Shown: positions 29,251 through 37,894 of the stretch, one piece after another
Numbering within the stretch: position 1 is the stretch's first letter
Layout: every line of letters starts with the position of its first letter
Source: Candidatus Woesearchaeota archaeon CG10_big_fil_rev_8_21_14_0_10_37_12
Lineage (GTDB): Archaea > Nanobdellota > Nanobdellia > Woesearchaeales > ARS49
Assembly: GCA_002762795.1 (NCBI GenBank)
Contig: PCYA01000014.1
Span: forward strand, 73,205 to 137,204
Length of the DNA stretch: 64,000 bases
Reading direction: 5' to 3'
Notes under the pieces: model-generated
The model's input: the letters and a program-made list of their open reading frames with translations, nothing else
Database searches by the model: none
What the model was told of the DNA's origin: nothing
Made by a program: the position numbers and the translations under genes

Positions 29251-29786
29251 TTCATTACCTCTGGACAGAATTTTTCAAAGCCTTCAACACGGTAAGTTAA
29301 ATTATCTAAATTTATTATGTTGATTTCTCTGGTAGCTTCATCACCAAATTTTGTTTCTAAAAATTCATCAAATTCTGATTTTTGTAATAATCTATATTGT
29401 CCTGCACGAAAATGTGTTTGTAATATGTTTGATGGTGGGCGCGACCGAAGTTCATCTTCTAAACGCCACCAGTTATTTTCACCAGTTTTTCCTGGAAAAT
29501 ACGTTATTCCATTATATCTGAAGTCGTGTGTTGAAAGTCCGAAGAAGGGAGGATCTGCTTTTTGTACTTGAGATGAATCGCCAATAACACACATACGTAT
29601 TAATTGTGAATCAGGATGTATTTCTCCAAACGTGAATCCATTTGGAAAAACCACCCCTCTTCCCAAAGGAATATCAACATGAGCTTTAGCCTCTTCATAT
29701 GTCCCAACAATTCGTTCTTCACAAGTTGGACAGCCATATATGCCTGTTTCAATTTCTCTCGATTCTATTGTCTTCGCTTCTCTCAT
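29247..29786 (-). CDS. Hypothetical CxxC protein (paralog of 28735-29250)
   Basis: 179 aa with YGCPTCEE...HVDIPLGRGVVFPNGFTFGEI. The motif spacing matches its neighbour, indicating a tandem duplication. Confidence 0.4.
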   Translation of the reverse strand: MREAKTIESREIETGIYGCPTCEERIVGTYEEAKAHVDIPLGRGVVFPNGFTFGEIHPDSQLIRMCVIGDSSQVQKADPPFFGLSTHDFRYNGITYFPGKTGENNWWRLEDELRSRPPSNILQTHFRAGQYRLLQKSEFDEFLETKFGDEATREINIINLDNLTYRVEGFEKFCPEVMK

Positions 29787-29917
29787 GTTCCACCACCCTG
29801 TAATATTTTTCTTTCCGAACGATAGTGAGGAGATAGAAAAATTATTTTAATCTTTCTCCCCCCTTTATACGTTAAAATAAGGCAAAGTTTAAATAATGCA
29901 AATTCTCAAACAAATAC

Positions 29918-30664
29918 ATGATAAATCAAGCATTACAACGAATCGGTTTGACTGATGGTGAAATCAAGGTTTACCTCGCATTACTAGAGCTTGGTTCTAC
30001 TTCAACAGGAAAACTCACAAAAAAGTCAGGTATTTCTGGCTCGAAAGTTTACGAGGTTCTTGATCGTTTGATGAACAAAGGATTAGCAAGTTTCATAATA
30101 AAAAATGGCGTAAAATATTTCGAAGCTACAAGACCAGAGCGTTTGTTAGATTATCTTGATGAAAAAGAAAGCGAGATAGAAAAAGAAAAAGAAGAAGTGC
30201 AAAAGATTCTTCCTCAGCTTCTCTTGAAACAGAAATCCGCGCAGGAAAGCGTTGCAAAAATATTTACTGGATGGGAAGGGATTAAAACAGCAAATGAAGA
30301 TATTATTCAAACACTAAAAAAAGGTGAAGAGTGGTTGAGCATGGGTTTAACAGAGCAGCCAAAATCTTGGGAGCTTTATTTCACAAAAAGACAGGAAACA
30401 AGATCAAAAAAAGGAATTAAGCTCAAGCATTTGTTGAATGAAAAATACAAGGCATTATACAAAGAACGAAAAAAGTTGCCATATTCTGAATATCGCTTTC
30501 TTCCAAAAAGTTTTGAAATGCCAACGAGCACTGAAATTTACAAAGATAAAGTGCTCATTTTGATTTTAGCAAAAGAAAGTCCGATGGCTATTATGATTAA
30601 GAACAAAGCAGTCGCAGAAAGTTTTAGAAAATATTTTTATGCATTGTGGGAAAAAATGAAATAA
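29918..30664 (+). CDS. TrmB-family transcriptional regulator
   Basis: N-terminal winged helix (LTDGEIKVYLALLELGSTSTGKLTKKSGISGSKVYEVLDRLMNKGLAS), a coiled linker, and a C-terminal effector domain. It is divergent from the binding-protein operon. Confidence 0.75.
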   Translation: MINQALQRIGLTDGEIKVYLALLELGSTSTGKLTKKSGISGSKVYEVLDRLMNKGLASFIIKNGVKYFEATRPERLLDYLDEKESEIEKEKEEVQKILPQLLLKQKSAQESVAKIFTGWEGIKTANEDIIQTLKKGEEWLSMGLTEQPKSWELYFTKRQETRSKKGIKLKHLLNEKYKALYKERKKLPYSEYRFLPKSFEMPTSTEIYKDKVLILILAKESPMAIMIKNKAVAESFRKYFYALWEKMK

Positions 30665-31420
30665 TTATCTCTTACTTTGTTTCCACATTAAGTTAAAGTA
30701 TTCCATAAAACTGTTTGCTACATCTTGTGATTTGATGTTGATTGTAGTTATTTGTTTTCCGAATATAATGATAAATGTTCTGTCTTGGTAAATATTAATT
30801 GCAACTGGTGAAACGTGTGAAATGAAACGTATTTCTGTATCCTTGAATTTGAGTTTTTGATATCTTTCATCTATTGTTCCTCTGGCTGATTCGTTGTACA
30901 ACATTTTTGTTTTTAATTTTTTCTGGTTTCTTATGTGGTGCAATTTTTCAAAATACGCCAGCACGTCTGGTCGTTCTTGTGCGCGTGTTCCTCCGATGAC
31001 GTATGAAGTTTCTCCTTTTTTCATGCGTTCTATTTGTTCTCTGAAAACTAGTTCCATTCCTTTGAAGCCTGTTAACAGTTCTACTTCTTGTTCTTCTTTT
31101 GATGCGTTGAATTTAGCAAACAACGCCGGCAAAATCGCTGTCGCTTCGTCCTCCAACTCTTTTAGTTTTTGTTTTCGTTCTTCAAGATAAGATAGAATAT
31201 TTTTTGGGCTTGTCGGCTTGAAGTGTTTAATGTTTTTCTTAACGTAAATAGAAACAAGTCCTTTTGCTTGTAATCGTTCCAATATTTCGTATACTTTTGA
31301 CCCTGCTATTTGTGATTTGTTAACAATGTCTCCTCTTGTTGAATTTCCAAGATCAAGTAACGCCAAATAGACTTTTGCTTCTGATTCTGTTAATCCGATT
31401 TCCTGCAAAACCGTTATCAT
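30665..31420 (-). CDS. TrmB-family transcriptional regulator
   Basis: 251 aa with the same architecture (LTESEAKVYLALLDLGNSTRGDIVNKSQIAGSKVYEILERLQAKGLV). It overlaps the upstream PIN gene by 4 nt. Confidence 0.75.
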   Translation of the reverse strand: MITVLQEIGLTESEAKVYLALLDLGNSTRGDIVNKSQIAGSKVYEILERLQAKGLVSIYVKKNIKHFKPTSPKNILSYLEERKQKLKELEDEATAILPALFAKFNASKEEQEVELLTGFKGMELVFREQIERMKKGETSYVIGGTRAQERPDVLAYFEKLHHIRNQKKLKTKMLYNESARGTIDERYQKLKFKDTEIRFISHVSPVAINIYQDRTFIIIFGKQITTINIKSQDVANSFMEYFNLMWKQSKR

Positions 31421-31836
31421 TTTGATGCCTCAAATTGAAATATTTCTTCAGATGTGTAAACAGTAATTTGTTTTTGTTTCTCTTTTAATTTCTTATCATT
31501 CGACCAGATTGCACATTTTTGTTTTAATGCAAGTGCAACATAGTGAATATCGTCTGGGTCAGGAGATATTCCTGCTGCTTGGTCTTTTAAATTCTGAAAT
31601 TCTTCAAATGGAATTATATTGATTTTGCTGTGTGTTAATATATTAAATAAAATCTCCTTGATTTCTGGCTGAGATAATCCCGTTTTTTCTTTAATTTCCA
31701 ATATATGTTTATTTATTTCTTCAAAAACAAATTCAGGCACACAAAATGAATGATTGCTGAACAAAAGAAAATATCTTGTATAACTATCTTTAATTAAAGC
31801 TGAGAATATGATGTTGGCATCAATTACAAGCTCCAT
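31417..31836 (-). CDS. vapC: PIN-domain ribonuclease (VapC-like toxin)
   Basis: 139 aa. The N-terminus LVIDANIIFSAL has the first acidic residue of a PIN domain, and later conserved D/E positions (PDPDDIHYVALA) are present. Confidence 0.65.
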   Translation of the reverse strand: MELVIDANIIFSALIKDSYTRYFLLFSNHSFCVPEFVFEEINKHILEIKEKTGLSQPEIKEILFNILTHSKINIIPFEEFQNLKDQAAGISPDPDDIHYVALALKQKCAIWSNDKKLKEKQKQITVYTSEEIFQFEASK

Positions 31837-32106
31837 CTATTGTCCTGCAAGAAAGCGTTTTGCTACTACTTTGTTGATTTTTCTGCCAAGTTCTAAAGCA
31901 TCTTTTTCAGTAAGCTTACTTTTTGATACGATTTCATCCATCTTTTTCAAGATAATTAATCTTTCTCGTATTGCTTGCCGAGCTACCTCTGACCAGTTCA
32001 TTTCTGGATGATTATCCATTTCCGACTTCATTTCTTCAGGTACTGCTAAAGTTATACTAACCATTTTATCACCTACGTTTAATACGTGTGATATGTATAT
32101 AAACAT
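31837..32106 (-). CDS. vapB: Ribbon-helix-helix (CopG/VapB-like) antitoxin
   Basis: The probable start is the internal Met, giving MVSITLAVPEEMKSEMD...WSEVARQAIRERL (RHH pattern). It directly abuts the PIN gene. Confidence 0.5.
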   Translation of the reverse strand: MFIYISHVLNVGDKMVSITLAVPEEMKSEMDNHPEMNWSEVARQAIRERLIILKKMDEIVSKSKLTEKDALELGRKINKVVAKRFLAGQ

Positions 32107-32182
32107 TTCTCTGTTCTTAGAGCAATATAAGTCCCCCTTTAGGGCAACCTAATATTTAAATATTTGCTTCCAATTAATAGAT

Positions 32183-33271
32183 TTGGTGATTACAATGAAA
32201 CAAACAGCGATAACAACTACTGCAATTCTGCTTTTATTTTTAGCAGGTTGTGTAATAGAAACAAGTAAAGAAGACACAATAAAGCTTGGCGCGATTATGA
32301 GTTTAACAGGTTTTGCGTCAGATTACGGAACAAATTCTCAGAAAGGCGCTCAATTAGCTGTTGAAGAAATCAATGCGAATGGTGGAATTAACGGCAAACA
32401 AATAGAATTAATTTTTGAAGATGATCGCACTGATGGGAAAGCTGCTGTTTCGGGAGCTACAAAATTAATTGAAATTGATAACGTTGATGCAATTATTGGA
32501 GGAACATGGGATTTAAGCTTAGAACCAATTGCTCCATTAGCAGACCAGCACAACATAATCATCATCAACCCTTCAACAGGAAACACAAAAGATACAAGAC
32601 TTGCAAAAAATGTTTTTATCACATGGCCTGCTATAAAATATCAAGTATATGAATTAGAAGAAACATTAACACAGGAAAACATCACAACAGCCGTTGTTAT
32701 TAGAAATGCTGGTGCGTGGTCTCAATCACAAGAAACACATCTGGAAAAACTCCTGGAAAAAATAAATGGGAGTATCCTGAAACTAATGATTGGTTATGAA
32801 GTTGATAATAATGATTTCCGTTCTGAGATAAGTATCGCTAAACAATTAAATCCAGATTTGTTATATCTCGGTCTTGGTTATAACGATGCTGCAAATGTAG
32901 TGCAGTTCACTCAAGAGCAGGATTTTCATCCAGTAATCGTAACATTAAGCGGCGCTTTTGAATACGCTATTGAAAAAGGAAGTATCAAGAAAGAACACCT
33001 CAAAAAAACATACATTCCAGACGTTATCCCAAACGAAAATACAGAGTTTTACAAAAAGTTTGAAACAAGATTTGGTAAACCTCCGGGAATTACTGCTGAT
33101 ACTGCATACAAAGCAGTAATGCTCCTTGCAGAAGCGTGGGAGAAAACAGGAACAACAAACACAGATGAAGTTCGAGATTACCTAAACTCGCTTGACTTCT
33201 TTGATGAGAATGGTGATGCAAAAAAACCTGTTCCAGTGCGAAAAATTGAGAGCAGAACGTATGTTGAATAA
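32183..33271 (+). CDS. LivK-like substrate-binding lipoprotein, orphan (module 2)
   Basis: Lipobox LAGC. IKLGAIMSLTGFASDYG...AVEEINANGGINGKQIELIFEDDRTDG matches the family signature. Confidence 0.75.
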   Translation: MVITMKQTAITTTAILLLFLAGCVIETSKEDTIKLGAIMSLTGFASDYGTNSQKGAQLAVEEINANGGINGKQIELIFEDDRTDGKAAVSGATKLIEIDNVDAIIGGTWDLSLEPIAPLADQHNIIIINPSTGNTKDTRLAKNVFITWPAIKYQVYELEETLTQENITTAVVIRNAGAWSQSQETHLEKLLEKINGSILKLMIGYEVDNNDFRSEISIAKQLNPDLLYLGLGYNDAANVVQFTQEQDFHPVIVTLSGAFEYAIEKGSIKKEHLKKTYIPDVIPNENTEFYKKFETRFGKPPGITADTAYKAVMLLAEAWEKTGTTNTDEVRDYLNSLDFFDENGDAKKPVPVRKIESRTYVE

Positions 33272-33314
33272 CTGAAAGCAAAAAAATAAATAGGGGTATT
33301 ACTTTGTTTAATAA

Positions 33315-33695
33315 ATGAAACAAGTTCCAGGCTCATTAAGAAATTGGTTCACCATCCACTTCATAGCCGATATTATTTTTGCAGTTTCGTTGTTATTTTT
33401 TCCAGAATATTTTCTTTCATTTTTTGGTTTTAACACGGCAGAACCACTGCTTGCCAGATTAGTCGGGGCTGCATTAATCGGAATTGGTGGAACTTCATTG
33501 TTAATGAGAACCAAATCTGTTGAGAGTTTTCAAACAATGCTTACTTTGAAAATATTGTGGTCGTACACTGCAATTATTTGTTTTGTAGTTGCACTGTTCC
33601 AAGGAAGTCCAGCAATTACGTGGTTGTTTCTTGCTATTTTTGTGTTGTTTGCAATTGTTTGGACGTATTATAAAAGAAAGTTACAAACCAAGTAG
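33315..33695 (+). CDS. Hypothetical small membrane protein (4 predicted helices)
   Basis: 126-aa hydrophobic ORF downstream of the binding protein. Confidence 0.35.
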   Translation: MKQVPGSLRNWFTIHFIADIIFAVSLLFFPEYFLSFFGFNTAEPLLARLVGAALIGIGGTSLLMRTKSVESFQTMLTLKILWSYTAIICFVVALFQGSPAITWLFLAIFVLFAIVWTYYKRKLQTK

Positions 33696-33807
33696 TTTTT
33701 TAAGCTGTTAATATTTTTATCTCTCATATTACTTTTTTAATTTGTTTCAAGTATAAATAAGTGACCAATACCTTTTTAAACAAAAACCTGGCTTTTTCTC
33801 ATTAACC

Positions 33808-33881
33808 GGCGATGTAGCTCAGCCTGGTAGAGCACTGGTTTCATAAGCCAGGGGTCGCGTGTTCAAAGCACGCCATCGCCA
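33808..33881 (+). tRNA. tRNA with anticodon CAU (elongator Met, or Ile2 if C34 is modified)
   Basis: Acceptor GGCGAUG/CAUCGCC. The D-arm is GCUC-AGCCUGGUA-GAGC. Anticodon arm CUGGU-UUCAUAA-GCCAG gives CAU. The T-arm is GCGUG-UUCAAAG-CACGC. It lacks the initiator A1:U72 pair and the three anticodon-stem G-C pairs. Confidence 0.8.
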
Positions 33882-33882
33882 T

Positions 33883-34821
33883 TTATTTTCTAACTATTTT
33901 TTCAAGTGGATATCTGTTCACAAACATCCAGTCTTTTACGTTGTAAACTTCCCAGTCTAGCAAGTTATCTCCTAATGTGTCAGCAATTATTTCAAGGACT
34001 TGTTTGTATTCTTCAAATGTTTTGGCAAATATTTGTGTGAAAAAAGTTCCTTGCTCTAATTCCAATAAGTAAGGTATTTTCTTAGCTTTTTCAAAAATTT
34101 GAAGTGCTTGTGCGTATGAAGTATTCTTTGTTTTGATCAGTAACATATCTACTTGTGTGTGAAATTTTGTTCTGCTTGGCTGCGCAAGGAATAAAGGGAA
34201 GAATCCTTGTTTTTGAAGTTTTTTGAAGCGATACATAACAACATCATAGGTTAATTTTGTTTTTCGCGCAAGTTCAAGCATTGAATCTCTTCCTCCCCCA
34301 TGTCCAAGAACAGTTACAATTTTTACGTCTTTTTCGTCGAGATCAATCTTTTTTGGTCTCTTCACAGGTTTATTTTTCATCTTTATCGGAATATCATATA
34401 CTGAAAAGGGAATGAATGTTTCCTTGCTCATAACATGTGTTTCAAAAGTGATTGCGATCTGTTCAAAATATTTAATTAATTGTTTTCTTTCTTTGTCAGT
34501 CAGAAATGTTAGTAATGCATAGTTCATTTTATGCAGCAAATGAAACAATCCTGTTACTGCTTTATTTTTAGTAATTTCTTGTTCAAATGATTTTAGCTTA
34601 TTAATGGGAATTTGAACAAAAAATAGCTCGACTGGCAAAGGCAGCATATCCCATTGAAGAATTGCATCATATCCTGAAATATAGCCTTCTTTTTCCAAGC
34701 GTTGAATTCTGTAAACAACTGTTGACTGCGAAAGCTTTGTTAGTTTTGATAGTTTTGTTGTTGATATTCTGCAATTATGGGTTAAATTTTCAAATATGAT
34801 TTGGTCTTTTTTGTCCAACAT
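33883..34821 (-). CDS. Transcriptional regulator with two winged-helix (Lrp/AsnC-like) modules
   Basis: 312 aa. HTH segments are at the N-terminus (CRISTTKLSKLTKLSQSTVVYRIQRLEKEGYI) and at ~170-215 (LELARKTKLTYDVVMYRFKKLQKQGFF). It is divergent from binding-protein module 3. Confidence 0.55.
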   Translation of the reverse strand: MLDKKDQIIFENLTHNCRISTTKLSKLTKLSQSTVVYRIQRLEKEGYISGYDAILQWDMLPLPVELFFVQIPINKLKSFEQEITKNKAVTGLFHLLHKMNYALLTFLTDKERKQLIKYFEQIAITFETHVMSKETFIPFSVYDIPIKMKNKPVKRPKKIDLDEKDVKIVTVLGHGGGRDSMLELARKTKLTYDVVMYRFKKLQKQGFFPLFLAQPSRTKFHTQVDMLLIKTKNTSYAQALQIFEKAKKIPYLLELEQGTFFTQIFAKTFEEYKQVLEIIADTLGDNLLDWEVYNVKDWMFVNRYPLEKIVRK

Positions 34822-34916
34822 AAGAAGATAAATGACTGTTCTTTTTTTAAATTTTCCTAAATTTATCGAAAAAGAGGCAAAAAAGTTGATATATTAGATG
34901 AGCTACTGTATTTTCG

Positions 34917-36020
34917 GTGGTAAAAATCATGAAGAAATTCGTACTCAGTATTCTGGCATTTATTTTTTTATTCTCATGTGCATCTCAAAGTGATGAAGTC
35001 GTTATTGGTGCTATTTTCCCATTAACTGGCGATTACTCATCTATGGGCGAAAGTTACTTGTCTGCATTAGAGATTGCTGCAGAACAAGCAAATGTTAAAT
35101 TTATAGTTGAGAACGAGGGTAGTTGTGATGTAAAATCTGCATTAACTGCTGCACAAAAACTTGTGACTATTGACAAGGTTGATTTTTTAATTGGTCCTGT
35201 TTGTTTAATCACATTTAATGCTGTGTTGCCGTTTGCTGAAGAAAATAATATTGCAATGTTTGGTCCTTCAGTTGATCAAACTATTATTGATGAACAAAGC
35301 GAGACGTATAAAAATGTTGCAGTTGGTTTGTATCCTGCATTTCATAAAACGTGGTATCAACTTGCAGAAGAAGCATACAAAAAAGGGAAAAAAATTGCCG
35401 TTCTACAAACTGTTGATGAAGGTCCTGAACGAAATGTTGCAAAATTCACGGATAAATATGAAGAACTTGGTGGAGATATTATTTTGCATGAGCGTGTTGA
35501 TGCTGGTACAAAAGATTTCAGAACATTGCTTTTGAAGCTTGACAATTTAGCCAAGAAGAAGTCTGGCTTAATTATTTGGCCGCATTTAGCCAGAGACGAT
35601 AGAATTTTGTTCTATAAACAAAAAGACGAACTAAATGTCTTGCAAGGAGCTTATTTATTAGGAGATTTGTTTATTGATCTTGAATTACAGCCATTTTTGG
35701 ATGCGTTAGGAGAAGAAACATTAGAAGGTGTTATATCTACAACATACAAAGATGCTATGTCTGAAGAGTTCAAAAAAGCATTAAAAAACAAATTTAATGT
35801 TGATCCTGTTCTTGGAACCGATAACGTGTATGACGCAGTAGTTCATGGTTCTGAAATTAGTAAAGACTGCAATAAAAATTCTGAATGTATAATTTCAAGA
35901 TTCAAAAATACAGATTATGCTGGCGTCTCTGGAAAGTTAGAGTTTGATGAAACAGGCAACAGAGTTGGAACAGTTGTGACAAGAATACTAAATAATGGAA
36001 CGTTTGTGATTAAAAATTAG
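34917..36020 (+). CDS. LivK-like substrate-binding lipoprotein, orphan (module 3)
   Basis: Lipobox LFSC. VVIGAIFPLTGDYSSMG...ALEIAAEQANVKF. It is more divergent but keeps the same fold signature and length. Confidence 0.65.
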   Translation: MVKIMKKFVLSILAFIFLFSCASQSDEVVIGAIFPLTGDYSSMGESYLSALEIAAEQANVKFIVENEGSCDVKSALTAAQKLVTIDKVDFLIGPVCLITFNAVLPFAEENNIAMFGPSVDQTIIDEQSETYKNVAVGLYPAFHKTWYQLAEEAYKKGKKIAVLQTVDEGPERNVAKFTDKYEELGGDIILHERVDAGTKDFRTLLLKLDNLAKKKSGLIIWPHLARDDRILFYKQKDELNVLQGAYLLGDLFIDLELQPFLDALGEETLEGVISTTYKDAMSEEFKKALKNKFNVDPVLGTDNVYDAVVHGSEISKDCNKNSECIISRFKNTDYAGVSGKLEFDETGNRVGTVVTRILNNGTFVIKN

Positions 36021-36466
36021 TAACCTTTATCAACTCCAAATAATTGCATTTGTTGCACGTCCCAAAGTAAAGGTGTCGTAGTATCAGTTTTTCTGAACTC
36101 AACTATTTCTCCATACCATGGAGGCACATCTTCTATTGAGTGTTCAAGCAAGGGTCCTGTTCTGTTCCATTTAGAAATTACTCTGTAACTATCATACCTT
36201 CCAAAATGAACTGGGCTTTTTTGACGTCCTGTTTCCCTATAAAGTGCAATGCCTGGTTGCGGATTTCCTTGTCCTGTTAAAGACTGTAATGTTGCTATTG
36301 TTTCATCTGTTGCAGGAACTCCCAACTGTTGTAAAATATAATGTCCGCAATCATATGTTGCGCCAGTTTCAATAATTATGATTCCAAATCTGGTTAATTC
36401 ATCATATTTTCCAGCCTTAACAATTTCCCCAATATCATGTCTTCTTTGCGTTTGTTCAATGCGCAT
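36017..36466 (-). CDS. Hypothetical protein
   Basis: 149-aa ORF convergent with the binding protein. I recognise no motif. Confidence 0.35.
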   Translation of the reverse strand: MRIEQTQRRHDIGEIVKAGKYDELTRFGIIIIETGATYDCGHYILQQLGVPATDETIATLQSLTGQGNPQPGIALYRETGRQKSPVHFGRYDSYRVISKWNRTGPLLEHSIEDVPPWYGEIVEFRKTDTTTPLLWDVQQMQLFGVDKGY

Positions 36467-36568
36467 ACTTAATTAGAACGGTGATTTTTTATAAGGTTAC
36501 TGGTCTAAAAAACATCCATGATGAAAATCATTAGTTTTATAAATAACTTAAAGCGAAAAAATCAGTAT

Positions 36569-36693
36569 GCTGACGTCGCGTAATCTGGTATCGCACAAGC
36601 CTGGAAATTTGCGAGTTCACGAGCAAAATTCGGGAATTCCTTCACGAGAGCTTGACCCGCAAGGGTATCCCGGTTCAAATCCGGGCGTCAGCG
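36569..36693 (+). tRNA. tRNA-Ser (anticodon GGA) with a ~43-nt intron after position 37 and a long variable arm
   Basis: Acceptor GCUGACG/CGUCAGC with discriminator G. The D-loop contains GG. Anticodon stem CAAGC...GCUUG is separated by loop CUGGAA plus an intron, giving anticodon GGA. The variable arm is long (ACCCGCAAGGGUAU), and the T-arm is CCCGG-UUCAAAU-CCGGG. Confidence 0.7.
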
Positions 36694-36820
36694 TTTTCAA
36701 GTACCAAGAGAACAAAGTTCTCTGGTCCAGAAAAGCAAAGCTTTTCGGAATACGGGTCGCTGCATTTTTATAAATTCTTTAACCACAACCTTTTTAAACT
36801 AGCTATTTGAGTATACAAGT

Positions 36821-37309
36821 ATGGGGCAATATGATAGTTTAGTGGACTCGGCAATGAAGATTGGCTTATCTGTAGCAGTAGCTGTAAGTGCTGGTTATGA
36901 AGGGCTTGTTAAACCTCTGTTGAGAAAATATGATTCTGAAAGAAATACTGTAAAAGCGTATGATGCTCAGTTAGATCGCGAATTAGTAGACATAAGAACA
37001 CAAAACTTAAGACGCACAGCATTGGACACAGAGTTGCAAAGAAGAGGATTTCGATTAGAAGGTGTTTCTTTAGATGATGCAATAACTGCTTCAAAATTTT
37101 TTGAGCATGATCCGACAAAGGTTGTTGCGTGTAGTTGTAGTTATGGTGCTGATATTAGAAAACTGGATTTTGATGGAAACGGCGTTATAACTCCTGACGA
37201 AGTTAGTGGGTATGTTGCGTTTGCTGGCGCAGTTGACGCACTAGTTGCTGATGTTTCACGCATTCCAATAGAAACAAGAGGAAGAAGAGTTGTTCCTCAA
37301 GGCCGATAA
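36821..37309 (+). CDS. Hypothetical protein with an EF-hand/dockerin-like DxDxDG calcium-binding loop
   Basis: 162 aa containing DFDGNGVITPDEV. Confidence 0.4.
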   Translation: MGQYDSLVDSAMKIGLSVAVAVSAGYEGLVKPLLRKYDSERNTVKAYDAQLDRELVDIRTQNLRRTALDTELQRRGFRLEGVSLDDAITASKFFEHDPTKVVACSCSYGADIRKLDFDGNGVITPDEVSGYVAFAGAVDALVADVSRIPIETRGRRVVPQGR

Positions 37310-37894
37310 TCATTTCTTCCAGACAGCCAATAAAAACCAATAAATCAAAAATAAGTGTATTGCCATTAACAATGGCCATGTTAACTGGTATTCTGGTAAA
37401 AATGATAGTACACCGCAGGAATAAAACAAGCAATTCAAATTGTATTCTGTTCCCCAAAAGAAAGACAAAGGATACAAAGTAAAATAATGTATTCCGCTGC
37501 CAATCCATGCTTGTTTTATTGGTCCGCCAAGAATATAAAGTGCGTATAGTCCAAGCGGCAAGAAAAGAATGTGCTGCAAACTGTACAAGTGTATCCAGTT
37601 AAATGTTCCTGCATCAGTAAACATATAAGTTGTTATACCAAAAAGATATTCTCCAGTAAATAATCGCATTAAGAAGTCAATGCTCCAAATTAGTTCAGGA
37701 ATAAATCCGATGCACAGTTCTGCAAACACCCAGAATCTGCTTCCAAAAAGAACTGCTAATCCAAGAATGATGAATGTGTGGTTGCTAAACCAGACAATAT
37801 AATGCGGTTTGAGAAACAGTAAAAATGAAAGTACAGGAAGTAAACCAATCAACAACAACACACTTCCGAGGAGTTGTTGTTTGTTCATCCCCAC
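37310..37894 (-). CDS. Hypothetical polytopic membrane protein
   Basis: 194-aa ORF with five or six hydrophobic helices. It overlaps the helicase gene by 10 nt. Confidence 0.4.
   Translation of the reverse strand: MGMNKQQLLGSVLLLIGLLPVLSFLLFLKPHYIVWFSNHTFIILGLAVLFGSRFWVFAELCIGFIPELIWSIDFLMRLFTGEYLFGITTYMFTDAGTFNWIHLYSLQHILFLPLGLYALYILGGPIKQAWIGSGIHYFTLYPLSFFWGTEYNLNCLFYSCGVLSFLPEYQLTWPLLMAIHLFLIYWFLLAVWKK

Noticed and set aside
36567-36773. 68-aa plus-strand ORF
   Set aside because: It overlaps the intron-containing tRNA-Ser(GGA) gene and its downstream hairpins.
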